From: Paramecium tetraurelia
Taxonomy: Eukaryota
Length of the DNA: 64,000 bases
Reading direction: 5' to 3'
NCBI GenBank assembly: GCA_000165425.1
Contig: CT868068.1
Span: forward strand, 1-64,000
Position numbers and translations under genes: made by a program. Under the pieces are notes generated by a model. That model ran no database searches. It was not told where the DNA came from and saw only the letters and a list, made by a program, of their open reading frames with translations. Below are positions 14,101 through 25,848 of this stretch, piece after piece. Numbering within the stretch: position 1 is the stretch's first letter; every line of letters begins with the position of its first letter.

Positions 14101-16006
14101 ATGAATTCAGAATTATTCGCTTGTTAATTTTGTAAGGAATATTTCTCCATTCAAAGAGAGCCTTTTCTTTTGCCTGATTGTGGTCACAGTGTATGTGCAG
14201 AGTGTCTAACAGCTAAATTAAAAAATGGAAATTAATTTGTCTGCAAAGAAGATGGGTATTAAATTTGAATTATTATCAAAGTGTACAAGTAACTAGAAAT
14301 TAAATGAATGAATTCCCAAAAAACTTTGCTTTGCTATAGATAATCAAAAATAGGCCAACCAATAGAAAAATTGTAATGAACAATTCTCCAAAATAATTAG
14401 AAAATGAATAGGATTCTGATAGATGCAAGAAACACGGAGAAAAGATGGATGTTGTTTGTGTTGATCATCGTGTTAGAATTTGTGCAAAATGTGCATTATT
14501 TGGAGATCATGCAGATCATAAAGTAGTTAATTTGGAGGATGCGTTAAAAAAAATTATTAGAAGAATTGATGAATTGAAGGATATGTCAGAAAGACTCGAT
14601 GTGACTACAAATGAAACCTTTGAAATGTCCCAATATTTTAACAAAATAGAATTGCATTTTTAATCCAATTTAGACATATAGATTAAGCAAGTCAATTAAT
14701 TTTTTGATGAATTATCATAAATATTAGATAACAAGAGAAATAAAATAATAGCGGAATGTAAGGATAAGATCATTCATTCCCAGGAACTTTATAATAAATA
14801 TATTAAGGAAGCATTTATTGATGTTCAAAGAAAAGTTGAATTATGGAGAATGACGAGTAAAGATAGAATTCATTACTATGAGGAACAATAGAAGGCTAAT
14901 TCTATTCCTTTTGAATTGATATCTATTTCCTCAACAAATGAATTGATGCTGATCGGCGCCTAATATTTAAAAGAATTAGAATCTACAAAACAGTAAATAC
15001 TACTTAAGATCGACGAACCATCTTATAGAGAAATTCATCTGGAACTTAAAAGCGATTTAGAGTAATTCATAAACACTTATTTGATTGTGTATTAAAAGGA
15101 TCCTTAATTCAAATTAGAAAACTCATTATCAAGACTTGAATCAATTACTGAATGTTCTCTCCTTAAAGATATTAATAGTTCTATTATTTAAGATCCTTTG
15201 AACTAAAATTAGATGGAATAATGGATCAAACAATATTAGGAGAATTAATAGCAAAAATAATTAAATCAATAATACATATTTTAATAACAGTAATAGTAAT
15301 AATAATAGTAATAATTTCTATATGCATAATAGTAATTATAATAATAATAACAACCCTAAAATTAACCTTTCTAATAATAGTTATCATATTCGAATCATTA
15401 ACGAACTGATCAACCTTTGACCTCTTAAGAATTGGATGATTAATACTTGAATAACTTAAAGAAATCTCCTTCAGCAACTACTTTAGCAACGAGAAGAACT
15501 GTGTCTCCTTCTCCAATTAGGAGATCGATGAAATAAAAAAAAATAAATGAAAAATTCTAACCTTTAATTGTGAAGTTAAAGGGAGACAATTTAGATCAGT
15601 GTGATTTTAGTCAAGCGGAATTAGGTGATGAAGGATTGCTATCTTTAATAACAATTATTAAAAAGACTAAAAACCTCAGGGTGTTAAAATTGGCGAAGAA
15701 TAAGATACAAGACGCAGCAGCATAACAATTACTGACTGAGTTGATAGAGAAACAAAATGAGAATGATCAGGAAAACAACTAAATATAAACTATAAATTTA
15801 TCGAGTAACATGCTAACTGATAAACTTATAGATACTATTCTTGATTTATGTAAAATGATATAACAATTATAGGTAAAAAATACTCTAAAACTATGCAGCA
15901 TTAATCTTTGAATCAGATATATTTAAATTAAAACATCATAAACTTATCAAGAGTAAAGAGAAAAGTAGATGAGATAAAGAAATATGGATTGATAATTGCC
16001 ATTTGA
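14101..16006 (+). CDS. RING - B-box - coiled coil - LRR protein (TRIM/RBCC-like E3 ligase)
   Basis: RING CQFC...CGHSVCAEC...CKED; B-box CKKH...VCVDHRVRICAKCALFGDHADH; coiled coil; Asn/Ser-rich linker; RI-type LRRs (LGDEGLLSL, LRVLKLAKNKI, INLSSNML). Confidence 0.85.
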
Positions 16007-16077
16007 CTTAGTTTTAATTTGATAATCTATTATATTTATATATTATTGTTAAAGAGTAATTTGAATTATTATCATTA

Positions 16078-17489
16078 TCATCTTTTTTTAGTTTTTGTTT
16101 ACTATTAAATAGTTGATCTGAGCTTTGTGATTTTAACTTTGTCATCAACTTTCTATTCTTGCAGTTTTTTGATTTCTTCCATTTGGACATATTTATCCTA
16201 TTCAAATTGTTGATATATTTCTCGTAGCAAATTTTCAAACACAAGAAACATCTTATCCTGTTTCTTTATGAGTTATCTTTTTAACTATTAATTTTCTTAT
16301 TTTAATTTTTGAATCCATTAAAGCACAATTTGTTCAATTTACTAAGTTCTTGTTTTCCAATGCAATAATCCTTGTTTCATAACATGCAATCTCTTCTCAT
16401 ACACTGATTTAATCGACGGTGCATAACTAATGGTAAATTATTTGTTTTAATAGGATTCTAACTAATTTTCTAGGTTTTCAATTTTCGTTTCCTAAAATAT
16501 TGATAAATAGATACCAAAATCATCTTCTCGTCTATTAAATCTTGATACATCTTGGATAGATTAGTTTACTAAGAGATTCTATTGACTTTCTTATCAATTT
16601 ATTCAGTTAGCAATTCCGAACTCAGAGCTTGACACATGAATTACATCTCTTTGAATGCTTTTTCATACAGTTTTTAGAATTCGTCTTTGGCTTTTGTTAT
16701 GAATATTATTGATTTGATTCTGTAGAATTTCTTTTTCAGATTATTCTTTCGATAATCGTTATGTGAACAAGTCTAACTCCCCTTTGGTCAAATGCAAGTC
16801 GGATTCCAATGACAAGATATATTATTTGATATCTTAAGTTAGATCTGTAGCTTAAACAAACTCCTCGTGTTGTTGCTTTAAATCTTAGATACTTTGTTGC
16901 AATTGTGATTATTTCAAATTATATTCTTCTGTTAATGTTGTTAATTATTATCTTAAGAATCTTTCCTATTTTGATTTTAATTCCAATTCAATCTTTAGAT
17001 AGACATTCTCTCTCTCAAGGAAGCTAGCTTGATCTTAACCCTGAGTTGGATCTAGAATAAAAATCAAATAATACAAATTTATTTCAGAGCCTCCAGTTTA
17101 TTTTATAAGAAGCTAATTTGTTGAGGTAAGATGTCATCCTTAGTACCTGATTGTGATATCTAGTATTGTTGTTCTTCTTTGCCACTTTGTCCTGAATATT
17201 AGTAATCATTATTATTAATATTATTATTCTTATGTTTAGAACTAGTAATGAAATTGAGTTCCTGGACATCTTATAAATTATTTTTAGACTCTGTAGTTTT
17301 CCTATCCCTTCCGAACGTGTTATGTTCATTATTTCGACCTGATTGTTCGGATTATGGAGTTTTTAGGTTCTCTTGATCATAGATGTCTATTCCTAAGTTA
17401 TTTCTAATCTTGGATAATTTCTAATTGATTTGTTCTATAAATTAGGAATCCTCACTGATCTAGTAGTCGGCCTCAAATTAACTACTCAT
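16078..17489 (-). CDS. Hypothetical coiled-coil protein
   Basis: ATG 17489 (MSSQFEADYQ) to TGA 16078; Q/E/K-rich translation. Confidence 0.65.
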
Positions 17490-17558
17490 CTGTTAATATT
17501 ATAATTATATAATTATAAATTCTGGTTTTTCTTTTATGTGCAATAATATTATGAAAGC

Positions 17559-18525
17559 TCAACCTGGTCCAACGGAGGCTTAAGCACCTCCTTTGTCTTC
17601 AAAGTACATGTAGTCCATCATGAGCGTGACAGCAAGCAGTAGAGCCTTGTCCTCCTTAGAAGCTCCTTTAGGGAAAATCAAACTGAAGTTGTCAGCATCT
17701 CCAACCATGTTCTTGCAACAGTCTTTTCCTTTCTTTAACAAATGGGCCACAACCTATAAATTATTTTGGGAATGTATCTTACTTCTCCAGTTGGCACTTT
17801 TATTACAAATTCGACTTTGTTACAAGAGTTGCAGGGGCATCCGCACCAAAAGTAAGTTTAACAGCAACTGGCTTCTACGATGTATCTCAAATTATCGTTG
17901 ATGTCTAGAACGTGGCATCCAATGTTGCAGAAATACCAAGGATTGACAATTGTTCCTAATTTCTTATTTTCATTGTTCTCCAAATACAAAACTTCAAGTC
18001 GAGGTCTATTTTAATAATTTAACAGCAATACCTATTAAAGCACAGACAAGTGCATTGATACTCCCTCTTAAATTTGAATACAATTCGTTTGTCATCTTTA
18101 AGTAATTATTTGGCCAAAGCAGGCTAAAAGTCTTTGCATCCATAATTGTTGATCTTCATTTCAAAAGGTCTTGCATTACCCCTAATAAATGGTTTAGATG
18201 TATAAATTACGGGAGGCAGAGACGAGCACAGGTCGATGACTTTTCTTTGCATTTGAATAAGGCCTTCTACTTCCTCTTCTTTCCTTAATCATCAGCAGCA
18301 TAGACCTTATATACATTTGGAGTCTCAAAACCTAAGATTAAGTGAAATCATACCTGAGAGTGCCTCGAACAGTTCAAATTTCTACTTTATAAAGATACCG
18401 TCTTGCTAACCAAGAATGTCCAAACAACTACTGGAAATGGCTTGGATTAGGTTCTGTGCTTGCTCATTCATTTAAACCAGCATAGCCTAACCCATATTTC
18501 CAACCTGATTAAAAGCAGCTTGCAT
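17559..18525 (-). CDS. Phospholipid scramblase family protein
   Basis: IKQKFELFEALSGFETPNVYKV, ARPFEMKI, Cys-rich segments, DADNFSLIFP and KALLLAVTLMMDYMYFE. Four tiny introns. Confidence 0.9.
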
Positions 18526-18614
18526 GTTTTAAAGTCAAGTAAATGTTATGATAAAAAGTTAATAATAATGACTATTCATCATTAACAGTTACATATAAAT
18601 ACTGTTTATAAACA

Positions 18615-19335
18615 TCACCAATCTTTAGATATTTCAAAATAATAATCAAACTACATGTGAACAATACCGTCCCCGTCAGCAAATAATAATTTCCCTTTGT
18701 AATTTCCTCTGGCCAGAAATCCTGAAGGAGCAATTTAATGTTCCATATCATAAATTTAAATATGCTTCTTTGGAGCAAAAGATCCCACGATTTCCTCATA
18801 AGAATCAACTAATAAAATATTTAGAAATGCGTACCTTTAATTCCATGTCTTTTTGTGGTGTTGTACAGCTTTAATCCGACAACGCAATCATTTTTTACTT
18901 TGAAATGCAATCTAATAAAATACTCCTCCCCCTCCTTTATTTTGAACGGGGCTTTTTCATTTTCCTTCATTCCGAATTGTAAATCCAAGGCAATTGACCT
19001 ATCAGGTTTGCCTGGGAAGTGTACTTCCATCAAATAGAACTCAACCTCAGGAGCTAGAGAACCTATATTACGACTTTTTACCTTCATCTTTAAGTTCGTC
19101 AATATTTTCTAAAATGGCCTTTTAATATTTAACTAAGGATTCGTCTTATTAATTCTTGGAACAAATCACTGCTAATGAGACTCTCTGTTTATTGAAATTA
19201 ACATGGTCCAAGTGAAAATCTTTGAGCTAAACTTTAAAACTAGAGTATTACGTCATTTTCAGATAACTTATCGACGGTGCATGATTGTTACCTCTTTCTA
19301 ACATCGGATTATGGCAATAAGTCCTTCTAATTCAT
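18615..19335 (-). CDS. Rho GDP-dissociation inhibitor (RhoGDI)
   Basis: DESLVKYQKAIL, FKIKEGEEY, VGSFAP, APSGFLARGNY and terminal FEISKDW match RhoGDI hallmarks. Two introns. Confidence 0.9.
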
Positions 19336-19377
19336 GGGCTTAAATAACAAAATAATAAATGAAATAAATATTGAATA

Positions 19378-20528
19378 TCAAAAGATTATACGATTTTATA
19401 CTCCTTGTGATCCTTGTTGACCATTGTCATCTTCATCATCGTCATTTCTTTAATTAAAATTTTACTAATTTTAAAACATTTATTATTATTGTTATTGTTT
19501 CTATTGCTTCAAAATAAGAAAATTCTGATTGTCCTAATCAATAATGTTCTTCAGGAACGTTGTCTTCATCTTTGCCACTTGATAAGGATAATCCGTTTTA
19601 TAGAATAAAATGTATGGAGTCTATTAGACATACAAATTCTATAAGGCTGTTTAAATGCTTGGATACCTGCATATTTGTTCATCATTCAATAAAGTGTATC
19701 TGGATAAGGTGAAGTAATGTCCATAATTGATTTGAGCTCCTGAGTGAACAATCACAGCCTACAAATATAGGTTCTGTTAGTTGATTTGAATCCTGTTGGG
19801 AATGTCAACCTTAGTCAATATTTTTGCATTTCCTGAGTGTTTGAAATCGAATCTATTGAGAGTGATTATGAAGTTCTTAGCAGTGTTTTTGATCGTGAAG
19901 TGTCTTTTGGCATTGGTCTTTGCCTTACAATTATCACATTAATATTAGTTATCTCCATCCATTATTTCAGGTTTGCAATTCTATTCAATCAATTCTTCCA
20001 GTCTAATAGAATTTGCGTTTGGAATCGACAGACTGAGATCCAAGATGTCTTCCTGAGTCTTCACTATTTAGTTGCAATTCAAACACTCTATTGTCCATTC
20101 AATCTAGCCTTAAAATGAGTCTTTAATCAAATTCTAAATAGTTTGAATATTCTTACTTCATAAATTTTCAACTTTTTTAAACTCGTCTCAATCTCATCCA
20201 ACAGGATCTTACCGAATTCATTAGCATCATGCTGATTATAATTATTCTTAAATTAGTCTGGCAAGGTCATCCTGAATTGAATTGGATTGATGCTGTCTCT
20301 ACTTGAAAATGAAAGCAAAGCAAATAATTTTTATAATGACAACAATAAACCTATATTAGGCTTGTTTCCCACTTATTTAGTTTAAGTGTAATCTTTCAAT
20401 TACACAACGATTCTGTTAATTTCAAAATCTAATACTTGTTGTCTGAAATCACTGCAAAGATGCAATGCCTAAATGAAACTATTCATATAGCAAGTATTTC
20501 CTAAATTCTCTAATCCTCGAAAATGCAT
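19378..20528 (-). CDS. Ubiquitin-specific protease (USP, peptidase C19)
   Basis: Cys box GLENLGNTCYMNSFIQAL, QHDANEF, His box VIVHSG...GHYFT...LNDE and YILFYKR. Confidence 0.92.
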
Positions 20529-20577
20529 AATTTAATTATTGTATTGAAATTCCAATATAATCTATTATAAACAAAAA

Positions 20578-21522
20578 TCACGAATAATTAATATCATCAT
20601 TGTCATTGATCGGAATCTTCCAGAAGTTTTAGCACTAGTAATCTCCATCGACAACAAGAGGAAAATAAACATCAATGTTCTTATTCATCTCCACATAGGT
20701 AGTGATTTCATCAGTATTAAACTTATGGATGTTGCTCTCAGTGTCTATAATGAAGATTCGACTGATATCCACATTAACAGCCTGATAAGCAGTAGAATCC
20801 TAATACACATAAATAAATTTCATCATACTGTTATTTTATTTCCAAATCCGGAATAGAATGGACTCTCTCCAATGAACAAATTTCTGATTTCTTTTAAAGC
20901 CGTGATCTTGAATAATTCAGGAGTTCTGTCAATCACTTCTCTCTTGAATGCAGGGAACAGACTGTCAGGACTCAAAATTACAGGTCCCTTAGGCAATTTA
21001 GCATTTTTTTATTGTAGATTGTAAATGAAATCTTTAGTTTGATCTGCCTAACCTATTGCTCTTGCAGTCAAATACATTATATTATATCCCATTGATTGTA
21101 TATTCTAATAGAGATTGGCTACTCCATCATGATTCCAATCCGTGCCTAATTTCGGCATCAATTAACCCAATATGTCTGACTTGGTTATGGTACCATCAAT
21201 GTCCGATATCACCAATTTAGTTTTTTAATTGTACAAGTAGATGGTTCCATGCAGTTCCACTATGTCATTCTTCTTTGGGATGCATAATCTGTATGTGATT
21301 GTGTTTTCTCCCTTTTTCAATCCTAATTATTTTAAAATTGATGAATTAGGTTTTAGTATTGGTCTTAATGGCTTTCTCCTTTTTTAGATTGACATTGTAC
21401 TGAATGTATCGACGGAATCCTCACTGAGCTTTCTGAGTCGATCTTAAGATTTAAATTATTGATGCTATTTTTGACTCTACTCATTATTATTTAATCTCTA
21501 AGCATTATTATTATTATTATTA

Positions 21523-21581
<59 letters not shown>

Positions 21582-22626
21582 GTTATTATTTTGTTCAATC
21601 TAATCTGATCCTTTCTTTTTACCAAAGAGTACACTATACCATTATTATTGCTGCTATGTATTCGGCTTCTTCTGTTGATCCAAACTATCTATCACCATTT
21701 CTCGATTGTAGACTTGTTTAGCCAACAATTGTATTATTCCTGCCTCTCTACTAAAGAACTTATCTCCAATCTTAAAAACGAGATCTTTGTGATTTATTAT
21801 TTTAAGTGAGTCCTTCTCGAAGATAGAAAAAGAGACCTTATGTTGTTCAAACAGTTGCAATCTCTGAGTTTAAGTCAAATTTTATTATTGCAGTTATTGA
21901 CCACATAGAGAGAGTTCCATCACTGATTGGCGTGGAGATAGGGTCTCCCTGTCACTATAAGTAATATTGTCTTTTTCGAAATCGTTTGTTTGGATATGTT
22001 TTTCCGATTATTATGACTGGAATTATTTTTGTAATTATATTTATGATAATCCCTAATATTATAATAATATAATTACTAACGATGACGTATCTACCTATTA
22101 AATTTCTTTAAGGTTATTTGTTGTTTCAATCTTAACCCCATCATCTTTTTTTGTATTGGACCCTTTGCCCCAAAATTTTAGAGTTTGAAGCCAATTGCTA
22201 TTTTTCTTGTCACTATTGAACAACTCATCAGGAGTCTTGTAATTGTGGGACAATCGAAAGTTGGATGCCTCGTCAAAAAGTCTAAATTGTTGGATTAGCA
22301 ATATTACGAAATTTTCTCAGAAAATGTATCATCAGATTAATAACCAGAAGAAAAGGAACTTTTTTCGAAGTATGCCGAACCTTCCTTTCCCAATCTCATT
22401 TTCACATCCTTCAAATTCCCATTCACAATGATATCAACGTAGTAATCTTAACCATCGTATTTGCCGAATCGAACGTGAAATGGAGTAGATTTCAAGGATC
22501 CATTGTGTTATTACACAACAATTATATCAATACATCCACTTAGATAATACTAAAAAAGAATAGATTGGATGGATTTACTTGTCTTGGATCTAATTTGGAT
22601 ATAATCTTTTAAGTTATAGAGGTCAT
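20578..22626 (-). CDS. PAH1: Lipin / Mg-dependent phosphatidate phosphatase
   Basis: [13 protein letters not shown]...[13 protein letters not shown] motif [33 protein letters not shown] and GFGNK. Confidence 0.93.
21504..21590 (-). repeat. (AAT/AAC)n trinucleotide microsatellite encoding about 29 Asn inside lipin
   Basis: Plus strand shows (TTA)n with two TTG interruptions. The frame traced from flanking codons reads AAT (Asn), not TAA (Gln). Confidence 0.9.
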
Positions 22627-22648
22627 TATTATTAATAATATATATTAA

Positions 22649-25600
22649 TCATTTTTAATCTTTTTTCTTTTTTTATTTTAAGAATTCTTTTCTTTATGCT
22701 GCATCATTTCTCTGTAATTATTCCAACCTTTCCTTCTCCACCTGTGCCTTATTTATGTCACCAGCAATCATACAGATCCTATCCGTTCTCTTAGTATGAT
22801 CCGATTCCAAGTTCGATTTCAATATCTGCATTGCAAAAGGTTTGATCACCCTCGCATCCCAATACCTAATCCCATCGAAGTCAGCAAATCCCATGTAACT
22901 TCCAAACAATTTGCTAAGCACTGTCTTCCCCTACTTGATTTCCCCTTCGAAGTAATCTGTTGGTTTGTTCTTCACCTTTCCCAATTACACAATACAATTT
23001 AAATCTAATCATAACGACTCATTAATACTATTAGCTTCATCTACAAAAGAAAGAGCTCCTTAAGATTCATTCTTCATTGTTCCAAAGAATGTACCCGAGT
23101 AGTGTTCAGATGAAAAAGTGCAAGCTATCTTCTAATCTGGAAATTGGATTGTTCTCTTCCCATGATTCAAGATAGTCAATGAATTCAACCCGGCTTTTGC
23201 TTCATAGAGAGAATAGCCGTAAAATTTATAGGACTTCTTGGGACCATACACTAAAAAATAAGATAGAGGTGGGTGATGAGATATCTAATAATCATAATGC
23301 AATTGTACTTATTCACAGTAAAGTTAGGTGCCATCTTCATAGCCGCCCTCAAAGGTTTCACCTAAAATTGGATTGAGAGGTTTAAGAAATGAATTTGCCT
23401 AAATGTAATTAGATATGAGAGCAACAATGCTGAGTTTCATTCGTTCTAATGGCTTTTATAGAGAAGCAGCCTTATTCATATACAAAGGAAAGAGAATTGT
23501 TTACATAAACGTTTTTTCTAAGGCTGATTTAGGGATCATAGCTTTAATCTAATTAATTTTAACAAATTGAACTTACAGGGAAGGACACTGTTGTTAAATT
23601 GAAATTTCCACTAAGCAATTTCTGCCCAACTTGCTTGATCATGTTCTTTCCCACACTTCTAGCCAAATCAATTATTTTTTCATCCTAACAAGCCGTTCCT
23701 CCTTTTTTGTGAGCCTAAGGAACTCTGTATTCATCCTTATAGTCAACTTTCTTGAAATTTAAAGCATAATTCATTATAGTGTTAAAATCCCTATGATTAC
23801 AATGCTCACCTTCATCAAAAACAATTGAAACCTTGACAAGGTCTATTTCATCCGAGTCCTCTTCTTGATTCTATTCAGTTTTACTGGGTTTATGCTAGAG
23901 TAGTTATTGTTCATTTTAAATTAGGATCTACTTTTCCTCTTCCACCTATTTCTTGTTGCTCAATTAGTTTTCAGATGCTTCTTATTTATTATTAGACAAA
24001 TTATTATTGCTATGACCATTCTCATTGACATCGCTATTTTCATTCTTGTCTTCTTCTCTTTGTTTTTACTCATTCAACTCATTAGCATAGTTAACTGCAG
24101 AGTCAAACCCACTCCCTTAAAAATCACTTACAAATTAGACTTTTGGACTAGTGTCACTGGCACTATTGACTTATCTCCTCATATGGACTACAGATCATAA
24201 TATTTATTACCCTTAATGCTTTTGGCTACTTGCACACCTGAACCGTGTCCTCCACTCTCATCACTAATATCATCGAATTTAAATGAATTTTATTTTTACA
24301 CACTTCCCTTGTTTGGAGATGATAAATTATTGACCATAAAGACTTGTGTTTGTTATTTACTCACAATAATGAACTCCTTGGTTTCATCATACTGATTATT
24401 CAAATTTTTGAAATTCTTCTTATAAAATTCAAGTGCATTGTTAGATAGCAGTTTGTCCCCATCCAAATCATTTTAATCATCAACATACTGCGCTGAAAAC
24501 ATGCTGCCTTGTATTAATGCATAATCAGCCACATTCAATTTAGTTGTGTGGATGTAGATTTTCACATTATCATTTTTAGCTATTTCCACATAATCGTTTT
24601 AGTTGAATTCAGCTATGTCAGTTTTTAATTTCAATAACTGGCCTTTGCCAGAGGGGAGCAGCTTCTTCTTTGAGAATTTGACCAATTTGAATATTGCCTG
24701 ATGCAGAGTTTTAGGATTTCTAAATTATAAAACGAATGGTTTACTAAAAATTATCGAATAAAATGATGTCTATTGTTTGGGTGGATGGATTGAATATGAT
24801 TCCCAGGATTTCATGCTTGTTTATAGAAGGATCCCAATGATGCCTCCCAACAAATTCAATGTTGCTTATCAATAAATTAAAACCACTATCATTTTTTAAC
24901 AAATAATTATTATTGTTGTTTATGGACCAATCATTCAAAGACACAACCACTCCTGTAGTCAACTTGAATTCGTTCCCGTCTATTTTCACAAGTCCGAATT
25001 CCCAAGAGTGCATAAAAGGCTTTGACGTTTTGCATTTTCGAAGAGAAACAAATTTGCAAATATCCTAAAATCTTGTCGTAATTTTCGTTTTCATCAATCA
25101 TCAACTTAAATACTCTTCCTTTTGCTGTCCTCACATAGATCACTGACTTAAATTATAATCTGTTAAATTACTTTCTAATCATTAGCTTGCTAATAATTTT
25201 TTTTCTTTCTCAAAGATTATTCACATTTTTAGATATCAGCTTCATCTCTAACAAAGTCACCCTTATTCAAAGAATAATAATTGTTATAACTATTGGATTA
25301 TTAGGTTTTGTAACACAATATCCTACCCTTCCTCAAATCGAACGAAAAGAAGTAATTGTAAAGAGTTCCCCATTTTAAATATGCCACTGCACCTAATTTT
25401 CTATCGATCTTTATCGCCTTTCATTACTACATAAATCTCATACTTAAGACTTTGGGAAAGGGGCCTACTTTATATCCTCGTCGTCCTCCAACTCATAAAT
25501 AACACGGTTATTTTATTGCATTTATTATTTATATTTATAAACGAGAAATAATTTATCTCACCGAGTTCATTACTTTCATAATTTAATTCGTTATTTTCCT

Positions 25601-25757
25601 ATTCCTGTTCTTTCATCAATTCTTAAGATGTTCTATCTCAACAACTCATTGACTTGTCTGCCACACCAATAAGATCGTTTATCTCAGAGATTTTTTATAA
25701 GTAATTGAAATTACAATATCTTTTTTAAAGAAATAATAAATTTATTATAAATAACAT
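22649..25757 (-). CDS. Oxysterol-binding-protein-related lipid transfer protein with putative N-terminal PH- and START-like regions (5' end uncertain; frame break near 25015-25090)
   Basis: ORD motifs FLKPLNPILGETF, EQISHHPP (across an intron) and GDINKAQVEKERLEQLQR. Upstream PH-like and RHHWDP START-like segments. Confidence 0.75.
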
Positions 25758-25848
25758 AAACTCAAATTGATTAATGAAGTAATTATTATATTTATTTCCA
25801 AATCATTAAAAATCGTATTGTTTATTAGAAATTATCTATTAAAATATT

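Noticed and set aside
15221..15477. Ile-rich ORFs that look like membrane peptides
   Set aside because: They are alternative-frame or antisense readings of the Asn/Ser-rich linker of the RING-B-box-LRR gene.
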